NCBI GenBank assembly: GCA_022711495.1
Contig: JAKLEX010000001.1
Location: 23,058-87,057, forward strand
Direction: 5' to 3'
DNA: 64,000 nucleotides
Source of the DNA: Patescibacteria group bacterium
Lineage (GTDB): Bacteria; Patescibacteriota; Minisyncoccia; Phycocordibacterales; JAACPR01
Shown: piece by piece, positions 9,237 through 17,675 of the stretch
How positions within the stretch are numbered: the stretch's first letter is position 1
Layout of the letters: each line of letters begins with the position of its first letter
Program-made: the position numbers and the translations under genes
The notes under the pieces: model-generated
What the model was told of the DNA's origin: nothing
The model's database searches: none
The model's input: only the letters and a program-made list of their open reading frames with translations

Positions 9237-10022
9237 TCACTCTCCCAAAAGCGTGTTAATCATAAACTGCCACTCCTCTTTTGGTTGAGCGCCGCTAACG
9301 GTTTGTCCGGTTCCATCAGAGACAACGAGTGAGAACGGTGTACCAAAATTGCCAGCCGTGGCTTGTAAAACATCGTTGTAGACGCCTTCAATCTTGGAGA
9401 CATAACGCTGTTCAACATTGCACTCGTCAAATTTTTCCAGATCAATTCCGATTGACTCGGCGATTCGCGGAAGTTCATTTATATCAAGCCCGTCGTTAGA
9501 GGTTGTGATGTTGTAAATAGTGTTCAAGTATTCCCAAAATTTTTCATTGCCACCGATTTCTGCCACACATTCTGCCGCGTGAGCCTCAAGGATGGCTTTT
9601 TTGTGTAAGGTTGGTAGCGGTAACGGACGATAAATCCAAGCGATTTTGTCGCCGTATTCTTCAGTCAGTTCTTTTAACGTCTCGTGCAAGATGGCGCAGT
9701 AAGGACATTCCGTGTCGGAGTATTCAACGATTACGACTTTGGCGTTCAAATTGCCGACGATATGGTCATTTTCGTTTGGTTGAGGAATTTTTGTAATGTC
9801 GGCCGCTATCGGAGAAGTTTCTTGATTTTCAAAGAAAGTTTTAAAGACGCCGATAATTCTGGAGTTTACTTCAGAAACATATTTTGAATAAAGCATCTGA
9901 TAATTGGTTGAGCTGCCACCAGTTGAATCACCTCTAGTAAAAATCAACGCCGCGGCAATCAGCGCGCCAGCAATGATAATTGAGATCGCCATCCAAATAT
10001 TGTTTTTCTTTTCCTCGGGCAT
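9237..10022 (-). CDS. DsbA-like thioredoxin-fold thiol:disulfide oxidoreductase, membrane-anchored
   Basis: It has an N-terminal TM helix. The CPYC active-site motif sits in ECPYCAILHETLKEL, in the thioredoxin fold context of DsbA/BdbD-like proteins. Confidence 0.8.
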   Translation of the reverse strand: MPEEKKNNIWMAISIIIAGALIAAALIFTRGDSTGGSSTNYQMLYSKYVSEVNSRIIGVFKTFFENQETSPIAADITKIPQPNENDHIVGNLNAKVVIVEYSDTECPYCAILHETLKELTEEYGDKIAWIYRPLPLPTLHKKAILEAHAAECVAEIGGNEKFWEYLNTIYNITTSNDGLDINELPRIAESIGIDLEKFDECNVEQRYVSKIEGVYNDVLQATAGNFGTPFSLVVSDGTGQTVSGAQPKEEWQFMINTLLGE

Positions 10023-10133
10023 ATTTTTAAATTAAATTATTAATAAAGTTTCAGCAAAGGTAAGTGAGTATTATAGTAACATAGATTCCGAAGACGAGAA
10101 AAATAAAAACCCGCCGATCGCTTTCGCGCCCCC

Positions 10134-10166
10134 TCCTTTGTTTCATGGGCGACTATCGGGAATCGG
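10134..10166. repeat. Distal copy of a 33-bp perfect direct repeat that duplicates the tRNA-His 3' end (18 nt) plus 15 nt of downstream flank
   Basis: ctcctttgtttcatgggcgactatcgggaatcg is identical to 10278-10310, 144 bp away. Confidence 0.9.
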
Positions 10167-10277
10167 TCACAGGTTCGGCTACGCCGACCCGCGACCCCGA
10201 CTCACTCGCTACGCTCGCTCCGTCTTTCGATTCCGAAGTCTTCCTGAAACAAAAGTCGCCGACTCGTTCCGAGCCGG

Positions 10278-10310
10278 CTCCTTTGTTTCATGGGCGACTA
10301 TCGGGAATCG
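10278..10310. repeat. Proximal copy of the 33-bp direct repeat; it overlaps the genuine 3' end of tRNA-His
   Basis: Identical 33-mer. It includes the T-arm 3' half and the acceptor 3' strand of the tRNA-His gene on the minus strand. Confidence 0.9.
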
Positions 10311-10365
10311 AACCCGAATCGAGAGTTCCACAAACTCTTGTGTTAACCGTTACACCATAGTCGCC
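10293..10365 (-). tRNA. tRNA-His (anticodon GTG) with a genomically encoded G-1
   Basis: I folded this cloverleaf by hand. The acceptor is GCGACTA/TAGTCGC, and an extra 5' G pairs with C73. D-stem GTGT/ACAC. Anticodon stem AGAGT/ACTCT with loop TTGTGGA. T-arm TCGGG-TTCGATT-CCCGA. No CCA is encoded. Confidence 0.85.
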
Positions 10366-10465
10366 ATTTTCAACCACACTTCCCCGCGCGACGCATTTGA
10401 AATTTTTTGCCGCTCGTCACTCGGGAACTCTTCTTTTATACCAGACAAATGGCTGGCAAGTCTAG

Positions 10466-11473
10466 CTAAAATAGATTAAAAAGTTTGGCGGCAAAAACAG
10501 CGTAGAGCAAAACATATAGCACTCCTTCTTGGATATGAATCCGGCGCGAGATGCCAGAAATGACAAACAATATGGTGGCAATAACTAGAACGGGCAGACC
10601 CAAAGTGAGAGTTTTTTCGTCAATCGGAAGCGAACTGATCAATCCGGGTATGCCGATGACAAATAGAGCGTTAAAAATATTGGAACCAAAGATATTACCG
10701 ATGGACAGTTCCGATTTGTGGGCCATGGCGGCTCTAGTCGAGACCGCTAGTTCGGGTAGAGACGTTCCGATGGCCACTCCGGTAATAGCAATAACGCCAG
10801 TGGCGATATTTAGAAGGCCGGATAATTCAACAACAGAGATAATAAGATATCTTGATCCGACAATCAGGCCCACGAAACCAGTGATTAACAGGACAAAATC
10901 TTTAGCTGATAATTTTGGCCTTTTGGCCTTTAACTCGGCGATTTCATGCGGCTCGTCAGCCTCGTCTGGTTTGTAGATAACGGAAAAGCCAAGATAGATC
11001 AAGAACGTCAGTATCAAAAAGACAGCCTCAAAAAAAGTTATGACTCCGTCCCAGGCGGTAATCAAAAAGATTGAACCCGTAATGGCGATCGTCGGTAATT
11101 CCAAATCAATCAAGTCTTTTGTCACAACTAATCTGCGCGCCAGAATGGCCGAAAAACCAACGATAACTAAAATATTAAAGATGTTGGAACCAACGACATT
11201 GGCTACCACGATTTCCGGAGCTTGATGCAAGACGGCGACAATTGACGACGCTAGTTCTGGCAAAGAAGTCCCGAAACCGATGATGGTTACGCCGATTACG
11301 AATGGAGAAAGGCCAACGGCCAAGCCGATCCTTTCAGCGCTAACTAATGTCCAATCGGATCCCTTGACCAGAATGCTCAACGAAAGAACAAAAATAACAA
11401 CCCACAAAAATATCATGCGATTAATTTTAACACTGAATTTATCCGCGACAAAATGACAAGCGCGGAATTGCAA
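10466..11473 (-). CDS. Na+/Ca2+ exchanger (CaCA/YrbG) family membrane transporter
   Basis: Two alpha-repeat signatures are present: GTSLPELASSIVA and GTSLPELAVSTRAA. It has a polytopic membrane profile. The true start may be the internal Met near 11416. Confidence 0.8.
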   Translation of the reverse strand: MQFRACHFVADKFSVKINRMIFLWVVIFVLSLSILVKGSDWTLVSAERIGLAVGLSPFVIGVTIIGFGTSLPELASSIVAVLHQAPEIVVANVVGSNIFNILVIVGFSAILARRLVVTKDLIDLELPTIAITGSIFLITAWDGVITFFEAVFLILTFLIYLGFSVIYKPDEADEPHEIAELKAKRPKLSAKDFVLLITGFVGLIVGSRYLIISVVELSGLLNIATGVIAITGVAIGTSLPELAVSTRAAMAHKSELSIGNIFGSNIFNALFVIGIPGLISSLPIDEKTLTLGLPVLVIATILFVISGISRRIHIQEGVLYVLLYAVFAAKLFNLF

Positions 11474-11503
11474 ATGAAGCGGATGTCGGGCAAAATACGT
11501 CTA

Positions 11504-11585
11504 CGCCCAGGTGGTGGAATTGGTATACACGTACGCTTGAGGTGCGTATGCCGAAAGGCTTGGAGGTTCAAGTCCTCTCTTGGGC
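11504..11585 (+). tRNA. tRNA-Leu (anticodon GAG), class II with a long variable arm
   Basis: Hand-folded: acceptor GCCCAGG/CTTGGGC, anticodon stem TACGC/GCGTA with loop TTGAGGT, long variable arm TGCCGAAAGGCT, T-loop TTCAAGT. Confidence 0.8.
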
Positions 11586-11587
11586 AC

Positions 11588-11615
11588 ACAAAAAACCGGC
11601 TTCAGGGCCGGTTTT
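11588..11615. terminator. Bidirectional rho-independent terminator between tRNA-Leu and rplS
   Basis: aaaaaaccggcttcagggccggttttt is a stem ccggc/gccgg flanked by A/T runs. Confidence 0.6.
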
Positions 11616-11622
11616 TGATTTC

Positions 11623-12081
11623 TTATTTCTTCTCTTCAATCTTCTCCGTTTCAGTTTTTACTTCGTCTGCCGCAACTTCTTTGTTGTCAGCTGTCCCAGC
11701 GGCTTCACTCGGAACTTCTTTCTCTTCTGTCGTAATATCAACCATCATCATTCTCATTCTCTTACTCATCTGTTTGATGGCTTGTCGGCGAATATTATAA
11801 AGTTTGCTTCGGCGAGTCTTTGATCTTTTAACAATCTCGATTTTATCAATTGTCGGAGAATATAATGGAAAGATTTTTTCCGTTCCGTAACCATCGGTTG
11901 TTCGACGAACAGTAAAAGTCGCGCCCGCTTCAGCGCCATGCTTTCGAGCTAAAACTAAGCCCTCAAATTGCTGAACACGAGTCTTGCCCTTTTCTTCAAC
12001 TTTTTGATAAACCCGAACGGTATCGCCGGTTCTTAAATCAAGATTTTTTCGCTGATCTGTTTTTACTTGCGAGAGTTGCAT
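11623..12081 (-). CDS. rplS: 50S ribosomal protein L19 with a charged C-terminal extension
   Basis: GDTVRVYQKVEEKGKTRVQQFEGLVLARKHGAEAGATFTVRR...KLYNIRRQ is the L19 core. It is followed by a Glu/Lys-rich tail. Confidence 0.9.
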   Translation of the reverse strand: MQLSQVKTDQRKNLDLRTGDTVRVYQKVEEKGKTRVQQFEGLVLARKHGAEAGATFTVRRTTDGYGTEKIFPLYSPTIDKIEIVKRSKTRRSKLYNIRRQAIKQMSKRMRMMMVDITTEEKEVPSEAAGTADNKEVAADEVKTETEKIEEKK

Positions 12082-12108
12082 AGTGGCTCACAATTTAACA
12101 CAGGCTCT

Positions 12109-12864
12109 TTATTTAATCAAGGAAATCGCCCTCTCAAAATCTAGCGGATAAGGCGCCTCAAAAGAAAGTATTTGCCCCTTCGGATCAATAAATCGCAAAC
12201 TTTTCGCGTGTAGGGCCATCCTTGAAAATCCAAGCAGAGATTCTCGGTTAGGCGCGTAAAGATTGTCGCAAACAATCGGATGATAAATGTGTTTTAAGTG
12301 AACTCTTATTTGATGAGTCCGACCGGTTTTGGGAGAAGCTTCAATGAAAGTTACGGATTTGTCGGTGGCTCTTTTCAGAACTTCAATATTTGTAACGGCT
12401 TCCCTTTTTTCACCGCGAGCACGCAAGCCGGCCAGCCATTGGCGAAAATTCTTTTTGCTTCGACCGATTGGTTCGTCAATGGTCAAAAACTTTTCTTTAA
12501 TATTTCCATAAACAAAGGCGTGATATTTTTTCTCAATTAAACGATCTTGAAATTGCTTTTTTAAATATTCAAAAAACTTCTGGTTGCGGGCGACAATCAT
12601 CACGCCGGAAGTATCGCGATCCAAACGGTGAACGATTCCCGGCCGATCAATTGAAATTTTTTTGCCGGTTTCTTGATCTAGAATAAGCGCCGGCTCGCCG
12701 ACGCCCTTAATTGCAGGATATTTTTTTAAAAGAAAATCGCAGAGCGTCGACTCTTTTGTCCGGCCGTCGGAGTGAACGACAAGGTCGGCCGGCTTATTTA
12801 TTATCAAAAAGTCTTTATCAGCTTTGAGGATTTCGGGGGTTAGATTGTAAGTACCGCGAGGCAT
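12109..12864 (-). CDS. RluA-family pseudouridine synthase
   Basis: The catalytic motif HRLDRDTSGVMIVARN is present. The length and the C-terminal region are typical of RluA/RluD-like enzymes. Confidence 0.85.
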   Translation of the reverse strand: MPRGTYNLTPEILKADKDFLIINKPADLVVHSDGRTKESTLCDFLLKKYPAIKGVGEPALILDQETGKKISIDRPGIVHRLDRDTSGVMIVARNQKFFEYLKKQFQDRLIEKKYHAFVYGNIKEKFLTIDEPIGRSKKNFRQWLAGLRARGEKREAVTNIEVLKRATDKSVTFIEASPKTGRTHQIRVHLKHIYHPIVCDNLYAPNRESLLGFSRMALHAKSLRFIDPKGQILSFEAPYPLDFERAISLIK

Positions 12865-12869
12865 CTGTG

Positions 12870-12943
12870 TGGGCGCTAAGGGACTTGAACCCCTGACCTA
12901 CCCGGTGTAAACGGGTTGCTCTAGCCAACTGAGCTAAGCGCCC
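12870..12943 (-). tRNA. tRNA-Val (anticodon TAC)
   Basis: Hand-folded: acceptor GGGCGCT/AGCGCCC, D-stem GCTC/GAGC, anticodon stem ACCCG/CGGGT with loop TTTACAC, T-arm AGGGG-TTCAAGT-CCCTT. Confidence 0.85.
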
Positions 12944-12974
12944 AAATTCAATTTTCTATTTTAATACAAGTTAC

Positions 12975-13038
12975 GGTCCTGACCTGCCCGGTGTCTGTCT
13001 GAAGCTGGGGTTGCTCTAGCCAACTGAGCTAAGCGCCC
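12975..13038 (-). pseudogene. Truncated tandem copy of tRNA-Val: 5' 31 nt identical, anticodon region replaced, no T-arm/acceptor 3' strand
   Basis: GGGCGCTTAGCTCAGTTGGCTAGAGCAACCC is identical to tRNA-Val positions 1-31. It continues CAGCTTCAGACAGACACCGGGCAGGTCAGG, retaining ACACCGGG-AGGTCAGG but with a 15-nt substitution in the anticodon loop. It then diverges. Confidence 0.7.
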
Positions 13039-13094
13039 AACAGAATGAGAATACCAAAAAAAAAGAAGAGTGGCTAGATAGTAAATAGAATTAA

Positions 13095-13136
13095 ATAAAA
13101 AAGAGGGAGCTGTTTTCACATACTCCCCCGAGCTCC
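13095..13136 (-). terminator. Rho-independent terminator 3' of the GC-rich hypothetical gene
   Basis: On the minus strand, gaggagctcgggggagtatgtgaaaacagctccctc is followed by tttttt. Confidence 0.5.
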
Positions 13137-13901
13137 TCACCACAACATAAGACTCGCCCGATATTGCTCCAACTGCGCCGTCCAATCATGTATGACCTTC
13201 AATTGGCCGTGGCGGCTGATAAAGATCCTCTGCTGAAATCCGGGATCAGAATAGTACGGCCTCGGATTAAAAATTTCTCCGCGATGGCCGAGACTCTCTA
13301 TTGCTCCATTTCCGCGGGCAAACTGCGAGAACAGGGCAGATGTTTCCATGAGTCCCTCCAAACCAATCTCCTGCCAAGAGACGAGGCTTTGTCCATCACT
13401 CGCGGCCAATCTTTTGGCAATCTCGGGCACATTCTCATCGCCCGAAACCAACGCCCGAAACATCCGGGCGTGGGAGAGCGCACCGGCCGGTGAAACAAAC
13501 GACCCGTGAGCTTTTGACAAAAGCCAGATCCCTCGTCCGCTCTGGTCAAGGTGAAAATCCACGGAAAGAGTAATCTGAAGATCAAATCTGGAACCGCCCT
13601 CTTCCGCCGGTTTGAAATTCCAGAAATTGCTTGGGACCCACCCAGGAATCTGTTCGTGGGGATTTTCATCAATGAGCGTAAAAACGGTGTCCTGACAATC
13701 CGGACGGGGCTGGCGATTAATTTTGTGCCCTGCCAATGTGGCCAGTAACTTATCGTCCAGCTCATACACCTTGATCGGACCGGAGTACGCTTTGGACACT
13801 CCGATATGAAGTGCCAGATTGCAGTGACTGGCTACCCTTTGCAACAAATCAGCAAGGGTAAAGCAATCAACACCGACCACTAAGTGCGGCAAACCATTCA
13901 T
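13137..13901 (-). CDS. Hypothetical protein encoded in a GC-rich islet between tRNA-Val and tRNA-Arg
   Basis: 254-aa ORF. It is noticeably more G+C-rich by eye than the surrounding genes, which also gives long antisense shadow ORFs. It has no signal peptide and no family I recognise. Confidence 0.45.
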   Translation of the reverse strand: MNGLPHLVVGVDCFTLADLLQRVASHCNLALHIGVSKAYSGPIKVYELDDKLLATLAGHKINRQPRPDCQDTVFTLIDENPHEQIPGWVPSNFWNFKPAEEGGSRFDLQITLSVDFHLDQSGRGIWLLSKAHGSFVSPAGALSHARMFRALVSGDENVPEIAKRLAASDGQSLVSWQEIGLEGLMETSALFSQFARGNGAIESLGHRGEIFNPRPYYSDPGFQQRIFISRHGQLKVIHDWTAQLEQYRASLMLW

Positions 13902-13986
13902 CGTAGTCTCCTTTGACTTATATTAGGTTGTGAACTATGCAGATCCAAATCTGAGACTAACAAAGAGAGAAGTAAAAATCAACTTG

Positions 13987-14058
13987 TCCTCTCGGCAGGA
14001 ATCGAACCCACATCAATGCCTTAGAAGAGCACTGCTCTATCCATTGAGCTACGAGAGG
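13987..14058 (-). tRNA. tRNA-Arg (anticodon TCT)
   Basis: Hand-folded: acceptor CCTCTCG/CGAGAGG, D-stem GCTC/GAGC, anticodon loop CTTCTAA, T-loop TTCGATT. Confidence 0.75.
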
Positions 14059-14099
14059 AATACTAAAAAAATAACAACGAAACGGCCTCTGGTCAAATA

Positions 14100-14378
14100 T
14101 TATTCAGACAAAAGTTGATTGAAATTATCTTTTCTAACTTCAAAGTCGTAAATAACGCGGTTGATCTTTCCCGCGTCAACAGACTTACCGTTGGCGGCAG
14201 GACTAACCGCACCGCCGCCAACCTCGCCCATAATGTGCCGATAGACAAAAAATCCCGCAACCAGCGCCAACAGCGCTATCACCACAAAACCAGTCAGAAG
14301 AACCTTCCAATCGCCCCGCTGATCTTTGCCAAAAATCGCCACTTCTTGTTTTCTGTTTTGAGATTTCATTAAGTTCAT
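14100..14378 (-). CDS. Small single-TM protein, translationally coupled to pilO; possibly a T4P assembly accessory protein (PilP-like?)
   Basis: 92 aa from the MNLMKSQ start. Its ATG overlaps the pilO stop (ATGA). It has a central TM helix LLTGFVVIALLALVAGFFVY. Confidence 0.4.
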   Translation of the reverse strand: MNLMKSQNRKQEVAIFGKDQRGDWKVLLTGFVVIALLALVAGFFVYRHIMGEVGGGAVSPAANGKSVDAGKINRVIYDFEVRKDNFNQLLSE

Positions 14379-14929
14379 ATTGATTTCACGGCAATTTTCA
14401 AAGAAAATATCGCCTTCCATGGATCGGCCGGGTCTTCCGCGTTACGACTTAATTTAAGCGAATTGATTTGCGAATAATAAGGTGAGTTTTCAACCAATTT
14501 TATAAATTTTATGACACCCGCCCAGTCGCCGCTAATTTCCAAAACAACGGACAAGTCTCCGTAAATAATTTTACCCGACACTCGACTGGCGGCATCATCC
14601 AGACCGGAGACATCAACGGCTTTAGTGACAACAACCACGCCATTATTTATGCCCAACGCCTCAAGATAACTGATAAATTCAACGATTTCGTTTTCCGGCA
14701 AGAACATCCGGCTGATGAAAATCTCCTTAACCGTGGCCTCCGCCAATTTTCTTTCCGTGTTCAACGAGCTGTAATTTTGAGAATATTCTTCCAAAAAAGT
14801 TCTTCGCAGGTTCCCGACCGTGTTGGATTCGCTTCTTAAAAAATTAAGCAATAAAACGTCAGCGATCAGAAGAAGCGCGAAAACAGCCACGGTAATTATC
14901 AATATTATTTTAGTCTTACTAGTTTTCAT
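14375..14929 (-). CDS. pilO: Type IV pilus assembly protein PilO-like
   Basis: It has an N-terminal TM helix followed by a periplasmic domain. It lies third in an overlapping pilM-pilN-pilO arrangement. Confidence 0.6.
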   Translation of the reverse strand: MKTSKTKIILIITVAVFALLLIADVLLLNFLRSESNTVGNLRRTFLEEYSQNYSSLNTERKLAEATVKEIFISRMFLPENEIVEFISYLEALGINNGVVVVTKAVDVSGLDDAASRVSGKIIYGDLSVVLEISGDWAGVIKFIKLVENSPYYSQINSLKLSRNAEDPADPWKAIFSLKIAVKSI

Positions 14930-15506
14930 CGCTTAAATTTAAAATCTTTGATTTATCTGAAAACAACGTAGCGGTAAATGAGATGTCGGTTGTTTGAGCA
15001 AAGTTGGAATAAGGAATGTCTATCTTGGCGAATAAATCGCTCTTTCCCAGTCGGTCCTGAAACGCCAGAAGTTCCGCGCGAGTTTCAGCCAACCCGCGGA
15101 AAGTAATTTTGATAATCTTCCCCGGAACCTTATTATCAGCGTCGGTGTATTGAGTCTCAATCTGCAGTCCATCCAAAGAAACGCCGGCGCCGGACGACAA
15201 ATCCAAAGTTTCAATCAAAATCGACGGATTTATAACCTTCGATCCGACATACTTTATTTGCTCGTCTAACAAATCCAGTTTTTCGGTCAGGGCCTTTCTA
15301 TCCGCGGCTAATTCAGTAGAATTGATTTTCCGCATCTGGTCCTGGACAATGTCTCCGGCGATGGATACTTGAAGAAGGGCGGCAAACAACACCCCGCTGA
15401 AAATAATCAGGGCGACAATCAAAAACGCCGTAGCAACAGTGAAAAACCTGACGGCGTATTCCCCCTTCAATTTATCTATGTTTTCTTGTAGAAGTAACCT
15501 AGCCAT
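14919..15506 (-). CDS. pilN: Type IV pilus assembly protein PilN-like
   Basis: A short cytoplasmic N-terminus is followed by a TM helix (FFTVATAFLIVALIIFSGVLF) and then a coiled-coil/periplasmic domain. It overlaps both pilM and pilO. Confidence 0.6.
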   Translation of the reverse strand: MARLLLQENIDKLKGEYAVRFFTVATAFLIVALIIFSGVLFAALLQVSIAGDIVQDQMRKINSTELAADRKALTEKLDLLDEQIKYVGSKVINPSILIETLDLSSGAGVSLDGLQIETQYTDADNKVPGKIIKITFRGLAETRAELLAFQDRLGKSDLFAKIDIPYSNFAQTTDISFTATLFSDKSKILNLSDEN

Positions 15507-16530
15507 GAAGTTTTAATTTAAGAGCCAGCCCGATAACCGCGGCGTAATTTAACGAAGCGGCTCGATCAATCGTCGGTATTTGTTTTTCCAAATCCAGACA
15601 ATTCGTCCAGGCGTTTCCGGCTCTGACGCCGATTTTTAGGTGCCTCTCCAAAAATTCGTCTATCTCCTGCGACAAGCTTTCTTCTCCGGCGACAATTGCC
15701 GTGTTGATCTTTTTATGCTCTTCGCCGAAATCCCTGTTGGTAAACCAGAAAATAAGTAATTTATTCAAGGCGTTTTTGAGTTCCGTCGCTTTTTCACCGG
15801 CCGGATCGGCAACAGCGTCTCTAACGCTGACCTGAATTGAAGAAGAATATTGAACGACATTTCTCTCAACGATGGCGACATTCGTACGATCAGCCGCCAG
15901 ACGAATTAACAAATAAGGTTCAATGTCACCGTCTCCGACCACCGCTTCCGCCAACGCGGCGGATTCCGATTCAAAACAAACTGGCGTCAGGCCGGCTCGT
16001 TCCAAAATCTCCGTGTAGGCGGCAATAACTTTTTTTGGAAAAACATTGACGATGACATCAATTTTGCCTTTTTTCAGAAGTGACTCGTCGTCTATAACCG
16101 AATAATCAAAAACTGATTCCTCAAAAGACAGCGGCACATTTTCTTCCAACGAAAACTTCACGGCCGAAAGAACGTCGGCGCGAGCGGCGGCCGGCAGTTG
16201 AATTTTATAAACGTAAGACTCAATATCCGGCAAGATGGCGCCGACATATTTCAAATCAAGCTCCTTTCGCAGTTTCGTTAAGGTTTCAATCAAGACTTGT
16301 GCGTCTTTTGAAGAGGCGTCGCAATCCCGAGAAATACTTGATGAATCATATTGGCCGGCGACGGTGACTTCGCGGAAAATTTGCGGCAGAAGTTGATCTC
16401 CAGATCTTCGCAGTCTCATCAAACGAATTTTTTGAGTAGAAATGTCAATAGCCACCGGGTTAAGACTCAAGAATCTCGGCACCGGGAAACTTTCTTTTAT
16501 GCGAGAAAAGAAACGAACGGCTCTAGACAT
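15499..16530 (-). CDS. pilM: Type IV pilus assembly ATPase-fold protein PilM (actin-like)
   Basis: 343 aa. Its position directly upstream of pilN and its actin/FtsA-like pattern (IDISTQKIRLMRL...; GLALK) support the call. Confidence 0.7.
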   Translation of the reverse strand: MSRAVRFFSRIKESFPVPRFLSLNPVAIDISTQKIRLMRLRRSGDQLLPQIFREVTVAGQYDSSSISRDCDASSKDAQVLIETLTKLRKELDLKYVGAILPDIESYVYKIQLPAAARADVLSAVKFSLEENVPLSFEESVFDYSVIDDESLLKKGKIDVIVNVFPKKVIAAYTEILERAGLTPVCFESESAALAEAVVGDGDIEPYLLIRLAADRTNVAIVERNVVQYSSSIQVSVRDAVADPAGEKATELKNALNKLLIFWFTNRDFGEEHKKINTAIVAGEESLSQEIDEFLERHLKIGVRAGNAWTNCLDLEKQIPTIDRAASLNYAAVIGLALKLKLHG

Positions 16531-16590
16531 ATAGCAAATTATACTACTTTTAAAACTTTTTATAAAATTTCTAAACTCTTTATGAGGTCT

Positions 16591-16935
16591 TTAAGATATC
16601 AACGCTCCCACTGAAATTTCATCGTCTATGTTGAGCAGAGAAAATTTATTGTTGGTTCTGTCCAAGACGGCCAGAATCATGCCGTTACTTTCAAGGCCGC
16701 GAAGAACGCGCGGCTGCAAGTTTGTGACAAAAGGACATTTTTTGCCGACCAAATCTTCCGGGTTCGGATAGTATTCGGCGATGCCGGAGACGATCTGCCT
16801 GGCGTGATCGCCAAAATCTACTTCCAGGCGCAATAATTTATCAGCGCCGGTAACTTTCTCGGCCGATTTTATCTGGCCGACCTTAATTTCCACTTTTTTA
16901 AAATCATCAATTGAAATTTTTTGTGATTCTTCCAT
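16591..16935 (-). CDS. tRNA-binding protein (CsaA/YgjH family, EMAP/MetRS C-terminal-like OB fold)
   Basis: VEIKVGQIKSAEKVTGADKLLRLEVDFGD...QIVSGIA is the classic tRNA-binding-domain signature. Confidence 0.8.
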   Translation of the reverse strand: MEESQKISIDDFKKVEIKVGQIKSAEKVTGADKLLRLEVDFGDHARQIVSGIAEYYPNPEDLVGKKCPFVTNLQPRVLRGLESNGMILAVLDRTNNKFSLLNIDDEISVGALIS

Positions 16936-16967
16936 GTCTTTGATTTTAACACGATTTATCGGCGGAA

Positions 16968-17354
16968 TTACCGACGATTTTGCCCATCCAAATAGTCCTG
17001 CAAAATAATAGCCGCGGCCGAAGCGTCCAGTTTTTCGCTCTTGCCGGTGATCTTTCGCGCTTCAACGCTGGTCAAAAATTCCGGATGCAAGTGAACATCA
17101 ATGTTAAGCTCCGATTCTAAGATTTTTTTCAGATCAAGAATTTCCGTCATGATTTCGTTATCTTCCATTTTGAAATTCTTGGACTCGCCGAGAATAATTT
17201 TGCCAACAGAATTCTTTCTGGCGATTTTCAGCAACTCTTCAATTATCTTAGAATTGTTCTCCAAGATGACTTTCGGAAAAGCAATTTTGCCATCGTCGTC
17301 CGACAGAGCGACGCCGATTCTCTTTGTTCCATAATCTATGCCGAGATATTTCAT
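16968..17354 (-). CDS. ruvX: RuvX/YqgF Holliday-junction-resolvase-like putative pre-16S rRNA nuclease
   Basis: MKYLGIDYGTKRIGVALSD is the YqgF N-terminal catalytic motif. Confidence 0.9.
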   Translation of the reverse strand: MKYLGIDYGTKRIGVALSDDDGKIAFPKVILENNSKIIEELLKIARKNSVGKIILGESKNFKMEDNEIMTEILDLKKILESELNIDVHLHPEFLTSVEARKITGKSEKLDASAAAIILQDYLDGQNRR

Positions 17355-17404
17355 AAAGGTATCATTGCAAATCAGGCCTTTTTTGGCTAGTATTTTCTAC
17401 TATT

Positions 17405-17491
17405 GGAGAGATGGCAGAGTGGTTGAATGCACCGGTCTTGAAAACCGGAACATCCGAAAGGGTGTCGTGAGTTCGAATCTCACTCTCTCCG
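17405..17491 (+). tRNA. tRNA-Ser (anticodon TGA), class II
   Basis: Hand-folded: acceptor GGAGAGA/TCTCTCC, anticodon stem ACCGG/CCGGA with loop TCTTGAAAA (anticodon TGA), long variable arm, T-arm GTGAG-TTCGAAT-CTCAC, discriminator G. Confidence 0.8.
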
Positions 17492-17675
17492 CAACGACTT
17501 GTGAAGACGGGCAAAGCTCGTCTGAACAAGGCGTCTGCGAAAATAGCGAGGGTGAGATGAGAAAGACGGACTGAGCGAAAATGAGCGAAGCGAATTTTTG
17601 CGAAGGAGTCGGGGTCGCGAACACTTAGATTTTTACGAGCCGAGTTTAGCGAGGCGAAGTAAAAAGCTTAGTGAT

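Noticed and set aside
10167-10277. The idea that the tRNA-His insert is a second, intron-containing tRNA-His gene, since it contains GGCGACT about 100 nt upstream of the repeated acceptor 3' strand
   Set aside because: No D-arm or anticodon arm can be drawn after the putative 5' acceptor strand. The 7-mer match is better explained as chance, or as part of the gtcggcgact palindromic context.
10138-10479. Plus-strand ORFs of 113 and 71 aa spanning the tRNA-His locus
   Set aside because: They overlap a tRNA gene and its repeat-bounded insert. They have repetitive Arg/Ser-rich composition and are almost certainly non-coding.
13164-13765. ORFs of 109, 155 and 65 aa overlapping the 254-aa GC-rich gene on both strands
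   Set aside because: They are typical spurious ORFs generated by GC-rich sequence. The longest ORF, on the minus strand, has the only coherent start-to-terminator arrangement.
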